Assembly (NCBI RefSeq): GCF_009914755.1
Contig: NC_060939.1
Reading direction: 5' to 3' (one strand)
Source: the human T2T-CHM13v2.0 reference genome, Homo sapiens
Length of the DNA: 64,000 nt
The notes under the pieces: generated by a model
The model's input: the letters and a program-made list of their open reading frames with translations, nothing else
Database searches by the model: none
What the model was told of the DNA's origin: nothing
Translations under genes and position numbers: made by a program
In this document: positions 45,376 to 57,068 of the stretch, in pieces
How positions within the stretch are numbered: position 1 is the stretch's first letter
Layout: each line of letters opens with the position of its first letter

Positions 45376-46099
45376 CACCATTGTCCCCATTTTAAGGATG
45401 ATGCAATAGAGACCCGAATGGTTTCCTGATGTACTCATCATCAGGTAGCTAATAACTGCAGAACAGGACTCGATTGCGTAGATCTTCGAGTCAAAGGCCA
45501 GTGCTGTTTCCAGGAGAGGCTGGCATTCTGACCTTACATGCAAACACCACCTAGCTCAATGGCTAGACACACATTATTTCAATCGTGCTGAGAGGAACCC
45601 CTTCCCCTGCTCTCCCCACCAACCCTCCTGAGGCCCCAGCTCCTGGCTGGGTATGAGGATGCTGGGGCACGAGTTCGACTTCCGGCCCTGTCTGCTTCCT
45701 CTTTAACTGGAATGCTGGGGCCGGGTGACTGGGAGGTCAGCTTCTGGGGAGTGCAATAGGAAGCTACCATCATTGTGCCATTGACAGTAAGGCCAAGAGG
45801 AACTGGGATTGGGGCCCATGCACTCCGGAGAAGGGGAGTTGTACCAGGTGCTTTCCGTCTCTGGGTGGCCCCAGCATCAGCAGCCTACCTGGCAAAGAAG
45901 CAGGTCTGGAATCTCCCATTTCCCATGGGCCATGCGCAGGGCTGCCCAAGTACAGGGCTTAGGTAAGGGCTTCCCCCCTAGACCTTTAAAGTGGACACCA
46001 GTCTCATCAGGGAATCATGACGGCTCTACTGTCCAACCAGATCCCCAGTCCCACCTCTTGTCACCCACTCTGCTGCTACCAGCAGGTCCCAGCCACAGT

Positions 46100-46745
46100 A
46101 TTGCCTCTGCTGGCAGACTCTTGCAGCCCCTAACATGCCTCTGTGTTTTCACCCTTCCACCGCTCCGTGTAGTCTGCGCTCAACTGAGGAGTCAGGATGA
46201 TCATGTCAGTCCTCTGCTCCAAACCCTGCCCTGTCTTCCCATTTCTAGCCAAGAAAAGCCCAAGTCCTTCAGTGGCCTGGTGGGCCACAAACAGATCATG
46301 GAGAGGACCTGTCCCCATTGTCCTCTGCCCCTCTGCCTCGCTCACTCCACTCACCCCCTCCTCTGTGCCAGATCCAGCCCCGCCTCTGGCCTTCACACTG
46401 GTTGATCCTTCTGCCTGCAAGGTTTTCTTGGCTAACTTTCTCTCCCTCTTCTTTCACATCTTGCTAAGAACCTCACCTTTTGAACATGGCCTACCATACT
46501 GGAGTCAGTCCCATTCCACCTCCACCACTGCTCACCCTACTTCCTGCTCTACTTTTTGTTTCTTTGTTAGCACTTTCACCTTTTAACAACCCGTGATTGC
46601 TCACTGTCTGTCTCCTGCAGTGGGGAATGCCATCTCCATGAGGCAGCCAGAGACTCTGTCTGTCTTGTTCACTGCTGCAGCCCTAAAACAGAGCCTTTGC
46701 CTGTGGTATGCACTCAATAAATATTTGTGGGTGGAACTGAATCTA
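46100..46745. mobile_element. LINE-2 3' fragment
   Basis: GATCATGTCA..CCTCTGCTC.AAACCCT...CTGTCTTGTTCACTGCTG...CACTCAATAAATATTTG is the L2 terminus. Confidence 0.7.
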
Positions 46746-46756
46746 TGAATGTGGAT

Positions 46757-47080
46757 CAGGGGTCCCGAACCCCCGGGCTGTGGACCAGTATCTGGCCATG
46801 GGCCTGTTAGGAACAGGGAGACCCAGCAGGAGATGAGCAAGCATTATTGCCTGAGCTCTGCCTTCCGTCAGATCAGCGGCAGCATTAGATTCTCATAGAA
46901 GTGTGAATCCTATTGTGAACTGTGTATTCGAGGGCTCTAGGTTGTGTGCTCCTTATGAGAATCTAATGCCTGATGATTCGAGGTGGAACAGTTTCATTCC
47001 AAAACCATCGCCATCCCGTCCGTGGAAAAATTATCTCCCATGAAACTGGTCCCTGGTGCCAAAAGTCTTGGAGATCAGTG
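46757..47080 (+). mobile_element. MER1B hAT-Charlie DNA transposon with 8-bp TSD (ATGTGGAT/ATGTAGAT)
   Basis: CAGGGGTCCC start, internal GCATTAGATTCTCATA...TATGAGAATCTAATGC inverted motif, TSD at 46749-46756 and 47081-47088. Confidence 0.88.
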
Positions 47081-47838
47081 ATGTAGATAACAGTCCCTAA
47101 ATCAATGAGCTGTATAATAATTAAATCAATCCATCAAGAACATGAATGTTCTCATGATCAATGTGTTAAAATGAACATGACTGTTATTCTCAGTGAAAGG
47201 GCTTAAGGGTACTCCTACCTCTTCCTTCCTGTTGCTGGGGCCTGGGGCCCCATTCTGTGAGTGGGACCTCAGCTAACAGAGACCTGGCCTTCTCCCCTTC
47301 TAATCCCCTGCCTTCCCTGGAGAGTGGTAGGTGGGATGGGGAGGCTCATCTGACAGGGATTCCTAGAACAGCCTGTGTTTGTGTCATAGGAGGACATGAT
47401 GGCCCCATGTGGGCAAGGGACGTGACCGAGGTCTGATGCCCAGCCTAGGTCCCTCTCACCATCCCTCTGGCAACTGCATATTTGGAATCCCAAGGCAAGA
47501 GTCAGTATCTAGCAAAGGATGCATTAAAAAAAAACTGTTCGTGAAATGTTTTAATATAGAAAGCCTTACATAGGCATTTTTCATTTTTATTTGGTTATGC
47601 TTATATTAAATCATTTTTGTTGCAAAGAATAAAATAATATGAAATTTAAAATGTCCTGGAAAATCCGAGGTATATGATTGTCTGTTTGCATTTTTCGTTT
47701 CAACAGATATTTATTGAGGACCCATGATATGTAAGTCTTGGAGATGGAGAAGGACAAGACACATTCTCTGCTTCCGAGAGTTCTTTGGCTGGGGTCTGGA
47801 GAGGATGGGTGGTGTTGTGTAAGAGAGGATGTTGCTGC

Positions 47839-48512
47839 TGTAGCAGTTGTGCTCTTTGGTATTTATCCAAATGAGTTAAAAACTTATATCCACACAAAAA
47901 CCTGCACAGGGACATTTACAGCAGCTTTGTAATTGCCCAAACTTGAAAACAACCAAGCTGCCCTTCAATGGGTAAATGAATGAACCAACTGTGGTACATC
48001 CAGACAATGGAATGTTATTCAGGGATAAAAGAAAGATATGAGCTATTAAGTCATGAAATTACAGGGAGAGACTTTAAATGCATATTACTAAGTGAAAGAA
48101 GCCAGTGTGAAAAGGCTGTATGATTCCAGCTAGATGACATTCTGGGAAAGGCAAAACTATGGACACAGGAAAAGGATCAGAGGCTGTCAAGGGTTAAAGG
48201 GAAGGGAGGGATGAATAGGTGGACCACTGGAGAGTTTCAGGACAGAGCAACTACTTTGTGTGACACTTTATACATTTGTCAAAATCCAAAGAATGTACAA
48301 TATCAAGAGTGAACCCTAATGTAAACTGTGGACTTCACCTAATCATGTATCACTATGGGTTCATCAATTATAGTAAATGTACTATGCTAATGCAAGATGT
48401 TAGTAACGGGGGAAACTGGGGGTGAAGTGAAAGGGTGTTGGGGAATTCTACTTTCTGCTTGATTTTTCTGTAAACCTAAAACTGATTTTTTTTAAAGTCC
48501 TTTAAAAAAAAG
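47839..48512 (+). mobile_element. Old LINE-1 3' fragment (L1MC-like)
   Basis: CACACAAAAACCTGCAC, AAGTGAAAGAAGCCAG, GAACCCTAATGTAAAC and AAACCTAAAACTG motifs typical of L1M 3' ends. Confidence 0.8.
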
Positions 48513-50533
48513 AGCGTCATGAAGTGTAATCACGGAGAAATGCATAGGTGTTATGGGAGCAATCTGGGGTAGGGGGTGGGGAGGGCTTGGGAGCATGGGG
48601 GTCACTAATGAAGTCAAGACCCTTGTATGTAAAGTTAGACAGACAAAGTTTCAAGTTCCACCTCTGCCACTTATCCACCATGTAGCCTTAGCCAAGTTAC
48701 TTAACACCTCTTAAACCTCAGCTTACTCCTCTGTAAAATGGGGCTAATGACGCCTGCCACCAAATTATTATGTGATTTAAATAAAATGCAAATAAAGTAC
48801 TTGGCACTGCCAGTGATGAGAGTCAGTGCTTGGCGAAAGAGAGCTCCTTTTCATGCCATGGTGGGTGAGGAGGCTGGCTCAGGTGGAGAGCAGGAGGAGA
48901 AAGCATGCCAGCCCGAGAAGTAATGTGGGCAGAGCCCTGGAGGTTCAAGGAAGAGCAGATGCAGGGGGTTTGGCTCAGCCAAGAAGGGCATGTGGAGGGT
49001 GGGGGCTGTGGCTGCAGAGGCAAAAGAGTTAGGTAGGGTGCTGTGGCCTGGCATGCCATCCCAGGGAGTTGCTGTTTCCTCTTGAGGATTGATGGAAGGC
49101 AGGATGACTGGCACCAGGGAGAGCCCTGATTGGCTTGGCAGTTTAGAATGTTTCCTCCAGTAGGCACAGAAAAATGATGGGAGAGAGTATGGGGGAGGGG
49201 GGAAGCAGGACAGGAATGACAGCAGCAATCCAGGGACAATTTTTCTGGGTCAAAGTAGTGGGAAAAGTTGGACTGTGGGGTCTAGGAGCTTGGGATGTGG
49301 CTTGGGAAAGCAGCTTAGCTGAAGTCACCCGCTGGCTGGCTGTGTGACTGTAAGTAAGTCATTTAACCTCTTAGAGTCTCAATTAGTTCTTCTTTAAGAA
49401 TGTCCATCTTCTAGGAAGATCCTGAAGTTGAAATAAGATAGTAAGAATCAAAGAAGTTCTGGGGGCGGGAGAGACATGAACTGTATACTGAAGTCTCCAA
49501 CTATGGGAGGTGGAAGACGAAAATGGCACAGGCTGAAACTGTAGCATTCAGAGCAAGGACCATGGGGCTGACAGTGCTCAGTTTGAATACTGGCCCCGCT
49601 GCTCACTAGCATGAAATCTTGGTCTCGCCACTTAATTTATTTGAGCCTCCTTTGTAGCATCTGCAAAATGAGGATAGTAATACCTACCACACAAGGTTCT
49701 GTGGTGGGGTCACATGAGACAATTGCCAAGGGCCCAGAACATAGTGAGGGTTTCAAAGATGAGAACAGTCATTACTATCATCATTATTATCATCATCCTT
49801 GGAGGAATATAATCAAGAATATTTTTCTTTTATTGCGATCTGTGTTATCAACATGATGTATGTATCGTGAGTGTCTTGATAGTAAAAAATTTAATTTATC
49901 AAAAGAATAAGAAGACAAGCCACAGACTGAGAGAAAATATTTGCAAAACACATATCTGATAAAGGACTGTTAATCAAAATATACAAAGAACTCTTAAAAC
50001 TTAACAATTGGAAAACAAACGACCTGATTTCAAAATGGGCAAAAGATCTGAACAGAGACCTCACCAAAGAAGGTATATAGATGGCAAATAAGCACGTGAA
50101 ATGATGCTCAACATCATATGTCATTAGAGGATTCCAAACTAAAACAGTGATGAGATACCACCCCACACCTATTAGAAGGGCCAAAATCCAAAACACTGAT
50201 ACCACCAAATCCTGGGGAGGATGCGGAGTATGTGTGCACTCTCATGCACTGATGGTGGGAATGCAAAATGGGACAGCCACTTTGGAAGACAGTTTTAAAC
50301 AAAACCAAAAGTACTCTTATCATATGACCCAGCAGTCTCACTCCTTGGTATTTACCCAAAGGAGTTGAAAACGTATGTCCACACAAAAAAATCTGCACAT
50401 GGATGTTTATAGCAGTGTTTTTTTCTTAATTGCCAAAACTTGGAAGCAACCAATATGTCCTTCAGTAGATGAATGAATAAACTGTGTTATATCCAGGGAA
50501 TGGAACATCATTCAGTGATAAAAAGAAATGAGA

Positions 50534-50683
50534 AGCCAGGTGCAGTGGCTCACACCTATAATCCTAGCACTCTGGGAGGCCGAGGCAGGAAGATAACTTG
50601 AGGCCAGGAGTTCAAGACCAGCCTGGGAAACACAGTGAGACCCTGTCTCTACAAAAAAAGAAAAAAAAAAATTAAAAAAAAAA
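50534..50683 (+). mobile_element. Monomeric Alu (FLAM-like) with TSD AAAAGAAATGAGA
   Basis: Single left monomer plus A tail; TSD at 50521-50533 and 50684-50696. Confidence 0.88.
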
Positions 50684-50871
50684 AAAAGAAATGAGACATC
50701 AAGCCATGAGAAGGTGAGGAAGAATCTTAATGCATTCTGTTAAGTGAAAGAAGCCAATCTGAAAAGGCTACAGACTAGGATTCCAGTGATATGATATTTT
50801 GGAAAAGGCAAAACTATAGAGAGGGTAAAAAGATCAGTGGTTGCCAGAAATTAGGGGAGAAAGATGGGTGA

Positions 50872-51101
<230 letters not shown>

Positions 51102-52812
51102 GAGCACAGAGGATTTTTAGGGCAGCGAAACTACTCTGATGCTGAGATGGTGGATGCATGTCATTACACATTTACCAAAACCCACAGAACGTACAACAAC
51201 AGTGAGCCTTAATGTAAACCATGGACTTTGGGTGACAATGACACATCAATGTAGGCTCATCGATTGTAACAAATGAACTCTCTGGTGAGGGATGTTGTTA
51301 ATGAGGAGGTTGTATAAATGTGGGGGCAAGGGGTGTATGTGAAATCTCTGTATTGTCCATTCAATTTTGCTGTGAACCTAAAACTGCTCTAAGAAATAAA
51401 GCCTATTAAAACAATTTTTTAAAATTAGCTCAGAGTTGACACACAGAAAGAAACATATCCAGGAGACCAAGCACAGATGAAGCTCATGGATTCAGAATCT
51501 TGGAGAGGGGAAGGTCTTAGAGATCCTGTTTTCTCAGTCTCCAATCTGTGACCCTCACTTTTATAGAAGATTCCCTCATGAAACCGCCCCAGTTGGAGGA
51601 CTTTTTCAGTGGGGCCTGACTTTCTTGGAATCTCAGTGGGTCTGAAGTAAAGACTTTAAAGATTGCTGCCTAGCCCCTTTGCAGTTCTGATGAGAATTAG
51701 GGTGTAGGGGACAGTGCCCCAGTCTCCCAGCTGTGAGTGGTTCAGCTGGATTGAGCCTCTGAACTCCCAGGGCAGAGGTCTCTCCTGTGGCCTTCCCCCT
51801 TGTTGGAAACCCCTTCCCCATCCCCCAAGGAGGCCTGTGAGGGTTGGACCTGGGAGGACCAGGATGGCCAAGGTGTGCAGTGCCAGGCCCAGGTGGAAGT
51901 GTAGTGGGGGATAATAAAAGTCCCCTGAACTCCAGGCCCAGGCCCAACAATCGTCCTGCACTCTCCAACCCCCCACCCCACTTCCAGGCTGATCCTCCTG
52001 GGCCCCAATCTCTCATTGCCTGGTGCCCTTGGCCTTGCTCCAGGCTTCTCTAAGGAGAGAATGGGGAGAGGCCTCATGGTCTAAGAGTGCTGAGGGCCAG
52101 GCCTTGGAGCAGGTGCAAGTTGGGTCTGGACTTTTCCATTCCAAGCCCACTCCCCTGCCCCCAGCTCAGCCACCCAGTTGACCCCCTCAGGCAGGAAGGG
52201 ATGGTGGACAAACAGCTTGCATGTGGCCTGCCGTTAAGAGGGAGGTGGAGACACTCCCTGGGGCCCCATCCATGGCTACACTGAGCCTGCTGCCCTGTCA
52301 TCAGATGAAAAGCCAGCAACTGCTCCTGAGAGGACCTCATTGATTAAGTCTCTCCTTGTTATTAACAGCAGGAACTCTGGGCCCAGGGTGTAGCCTTGCA
52401 GAGCTCTGAGGGAAACAGGGTGATGAAACAGAGACCTGTGGTCACAATCAACACATGCCCCTTGTTGGCTAAAGCCCACACTCCCTCCAAGGCCCACAGG
52501 GTCCCAGGTGACTTCAGCAGCCTCCGCTGGTGCCCCATGCTGGGCTCCAGTTTCAGAGCTGCACCAACCCTCCCCAGGCCTGCTGCCCCAGTAGCACCCA
52601 GCAATGGGCTTGAGCCGGCTCCCACTGACCTTTGATTGTCTGCGTTCAGTGACATCATGCCACCATGAGAGTGTTTACACCATACAATGCCAAATGCTAC
52701 CAATCTGCTGACCCCTCCACCGCCCACCCTAGAGCCAATTATTAGAAATTTACCAGCAGGTCACTGTGCATGCTGACCTTTGCCAGACACACACTTCCTT
52801 CCCTCTTAAAAA

Positions 52813-53112
52813 AATTATTATTATTTTTTTAGAGACAGGGTCTCGCTCTGCTGCCCAGGCTAGAGCACAGTGATGCAATCATGGCTCACTGAAGCCTCAA
52901 TCACCTGGGCTCAAGCAATCCTGCCTCAGCCTCCCGAATAGCTAGGACCACACGTGCATGCCACCACACCCAGCTCATTTTTACAATATTTTTCCAGAGG
53001 TGGGGTCTTGCTATGTCACCCAGGCTGGTCTCAAACTCCTGACCTCAAGCAATCCTCCTGCCTCAGCCTCCCAGGGTACTGGGATTACAGACATGAGCCA
53101 CCACACCAGGCC
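52813..53112 (-). mobile_element. Alu (AluJ-like)
   Basis: GAGACAGGGTCTCGCTCTG...GAGCCACCACACCAGGCC. Confidence 0.92.
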
Positions 53113-54788
53113 ACTTCCCTCCCTTTCTATACCTCAGTTCAGGTGGGGCTTCCTTAGAGAGGCCCTCTCTGCTCCCCCGGGCCTGCTTACACGTGCTGTT
53201 ACAGGCCTATGTCTCTCCTCTCTCCTCAGAGCTGAGTAGAGTGTGGGGCACGTAGCAGGGACTCTGCAAGGCTGTGGGGAGGTGCATGGGGCAGGCTAAA
53301 GCATGACAGTTGTGAGAAGGGAAGGAGCGGTAGACACCCTTCTCGGGGGACCTGCAGTGTAGCGCTCTCTCCGTCTGCTCCAGTTAAGAATGATGTCTTC
53401 TTCCTGCATCCCTCCTCCCAGGAACAGATGATTTTCATTTTCTGCCTTGATAGCTTCAAATCGCTGCCTGTCTCTGGGAGGACTCAGGCACTTATCCTTC
53501 CTCTTCAGCAATGGGAGGATCTCCCTGGACCTCTAAACTTGGCTTTCTGTTTTCAGCAAAGTCCTTGGAAGTTGCAACCTCCGCAAGGCTCCTCTGCCTT
53601 TCCAAGCCCTCTCCTTCTCTAGCACCATTTTTCTTTTCCTCCCTGAGGGCCTTCACACTGCCCTCAGATTCCTCTTCCCTCCCATTTACAAACCTTGCTT
53701 CCAGGCGCAGACCTGCAGCTGGTCATTTACAGCTTAGTGAGAATTAGTGGTGAGGCAGCCAGAAGCAACAGCTTCCTTTCACCTCTCATCTTTCAGGGCT
53801 CAGCTTAAACCTCCTTAAAGAAGTCTTCTTGGAACAATTTCATCTTTACTTGGGATCATAGAACCTTGTTAATTTCTTTCACAGCCCTGACCACAAGTTG
53901 TGATATGTATTCATTTATCTTTCTCTAGCTTGTCTATTTACTGGAACGTTGGCTTTAGAAGGCCAGGGAACATGTTTGTCTTCCCCACTCTTACATCCTT
54001 GGGGCCTGGCCAATTGCTGTTGAAGGGGCGTTTCTTGGCTACACAAATGATTGCTCATCCATGTGCAAATCTGTGCTCTGCCCTGCCCAGTTGGGTCACC
54101 GGAGACAGCTGCCTTGCTCTGTGTCTCGGCATTCTCATCTGCAGCTGGGTATAACGGTACCCGCCTCTCTGGATTTCAAGCCTGTTGTAAGGATCAAATG
54201 TGATGCCAGGTGGGAGATGTGGACCCCAGCCATGTGTGTTGGGGTGCTGGGGCTTATTAGTCCCAATGGCTGTGCAAATGGCATCTGCCCTCCCTGTCTC
54301 CCTGCTGTACGCCGTGAAGGGGTTCCAGGAACTCCAGGTGGCAGCAAAGAGGTGAAGAGAATAATAATTGATGAATGAAAATAATGATAACCAAGTACAT
54401 AATAATAATAAAAGTAATAATAACTGACTTTATTAGATACTGTATCAGATGCTGTTCTCAGCTTGTACAGGAATTAACTCATTTAACTTTAGAACAGCCT
54501 GGTGAGGTAGGTCCTCTCATGGTTTCTATTTTATAGGTGAAAAAACTGAGGCCAGAGAGATTAAGTAACTCATCCAAGAAGTGGAGGTGGGATCAAGTTT
54601 TACTTTTTGATGGGACTTTCCCTCAAATCCCTTCAATCTAATAACTTTCCTCACTTAGTTTCATGACTGTTTATTGGATTGCTAAAACCAAGAGTTTATG
54701 TCTGAGTGTGACTTTGCCCCTTTGGCAGGCCCTGGAGGCCCAGCAGTGAGTGGGACTGATCCCTGCCCCCAGGGAACCCATTAATGGG

Positions 54789-54792
54789 GTGC

Positions 54793-54832
<40 letters not shown>
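54789..54832. repeat. (GT)n microsatellite with GC-variant start
   Basis: 44 bp of alternating purine-pyrimidine. Confidence 0.95.
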
Positions 54833-54836
<4 letters not shown>

Positions 54837-56706
54837 CTCTGCTGCCCAGCCAGTCAGGAAACTCCCTGAGGACACAGGGAGGACTGTTCCTTCTCTGCTG
54901 TGTTACTCTAGGACAGAATGAACACTTAGAGTCCTAGAACTCCAGAGAATCAGCACCAGAGTCAGCTGCTCATCAGCAAAGTTACTGATCCCTTGCTTGG
55001 TACTGGGCTTGGTACTTCATGCCAGGAACACAGTGGGAGCGAAGCCAAGCCCCCATCCTCAAGGGACATCCATATTTGGGGGTGGGGCTGGAACTCCGTG
55101 GGTCAATTCTTGGGTCAACAGAGTCCAGAGAGGGCAGGAGCCCTCCAGGGTCAGGAATCAGGTCAGTGACAGTGTGGGGACTAGAACCCAGGGCTCCTCC
55201 TTCCTAGAACTGCCCCTTCCAACTTTACCACCTGCCTCTGGATCCTGTGGGAAGCTGGCTCTCCTTCCTCCAGGATGCAGGTTGTTGCCTGGAGCAGCGG
55301 CTGACCCAGACCCCACACTTTTAGCCCAGGGCCTATTGGGGCCTGCATGGGAAAGGTGAGAATGAACTCACCACCCTCCCCTCTACCTGGCCCTTAGCTG
55401 CCTCCCTTTATCACCTTGTTAAGGACTTTTTCCTCTCCATTTGGAACCTGGAATTTCATTATTTCATATGTGAAGCTTAGGGATAATAGGCTGCCACTTG
55501 AAGGCTGCTTTTCACCTTCCAAGCCCTCTGCAGACTGTTAATTAGTCCTCTCTGGCATGCTCCAGTAAGTGTTCTTGGTCCAGGAAAGGGGAACCCAAGG
55601 GAGGCCGAGGGACTTGCCTCAGGGATGTGGGGCTGGCAAAAGCCTGAGGAGGAAAAAGAGGAGCCCTGCATTCTGGAAACTTCTCCTAACGGACACCTAG
55701 CTCACCTAGCTCCCAGGCTCCTTTCCTGTTAGGACGGCTGAATAACTGAGGGCAGGAGCAGATGGGAGCCCTCCTGTGGGAATATGGCTCAAAGAACTTC
55801 ACAATTGGACCCTAAGTTGGAATCCCATCCCCTGCTAATTGCACGACCTTGGATGATAATTAACCTCTAAGCCTCCGTTTTCTTTTCTGTGGAATGGAGG
55901 TAATAACAAAGTGCTCCTTGATGTTGAGGATTGAGCTAGGTAAGTATCTGGCACAGAGTGGTGCTCACTAGGAGTGAATGGATGAATGAATGAATGAGTG
56001 TGGCTAGTGGTGGGTTGGAGTGGGGGAGGATTAGAAGTATGGAGAGGCAAGATGGGGACGGAGAGGAAAATAGGGACTCTCCTTCTTCCTTTGCCCCTCC
56101 TTATCCTTAGCCCCAAGGCCAGGGGTTTTGCCCACAAAGCAACCACTATCCATGATGTTGCATGGCTGGTCAACGAGGGATGGATGTCTGTCTTTGCAAG
56201 CCTTTGACATCCCCTGAAAATGGTGATATTGTCTATTTTTAACAGTGGAGAACCCCATCGATGAGTTGCCAGGTGAGAATATGTCCATCTGCTCAGCCTC
56301 CCCAGCTGGACCACTGTGAGGGTCAAAACTAGACAGTGGATGCCACAGCCCTGGCTTCAGGGTCTCTCAGACCTGGAAACAAATCTCTGCTGCTCCACTC
56401 ACTTGGACAAACACTCAAGCTAAAGCAGGGAGATCCTCCCTGCCTCTCAGGATGATCGAGTTTGGTTCTGTGATGAGCTGTATATGCACACCAAGCAGCT
56501 CACTGTTGAGCTCAGTGGTAGCCAAAGCCAACAATGTAGGTGCCTGGGACACCAAGCACGAGTTGCACCCTTGGGTCCATGGCCACATGGAATGGGAGGG
56601 AGGTTGCCTCCAGCCAACTGGTCACCTACCCAGTCCTCTCCATAGACTGGCATGGGAGTTAAAAAGGAGGGCTGAGAAATGTGTTCAATGTTTAAAAGTC
56701 ATTCCT

Positions 56707-57068
56707 AGCCAGGTGTGGTGGCTCACACCTGTAGTCCCAGCAATTTGGGAGGCCGAGACGGGAGGATCACTTGAAGTCAGGAATTCGAGACTAGCCTGGA
56801 GTTTGAGACCAGCCTGGCCAACATGGTGAAACTCTGTCTCTACAAAAAAAAAAAAAAAAAAAAAAAAGAAACCCACAAAAATTAGCTGGGTGTCATGGCA
56901 CACACCTATAATCCCAGCTACCAGCTGCTTGGGAGGCTGAGGCATGAGAATCTCTTGAACTCGGAAGGCAGAGGTTGCAGTGAGCCGAGATTGCACTACT
57001 GTACTTCAGTCTGGGTGACAGAGTGAGACTCCATCTCAAAATCAATAAAATAATAAATAAATAATAAA
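56707..57068 (+). mobile_element. Alu with 18-bp internal duplication and expanded middle A-tract
   Basis: GCCAGGTGTGGTGGCTCAC...GAGACTCCATCTCAAAA and an (AATA)n tail. Confidence 0.92.

Noticed and set aside
54789-54832. (GT)n tract as a Z-DNA regulatory element
   Set aside because: An ordinary microsatellite far from any evident promoter; nothing supports a function.
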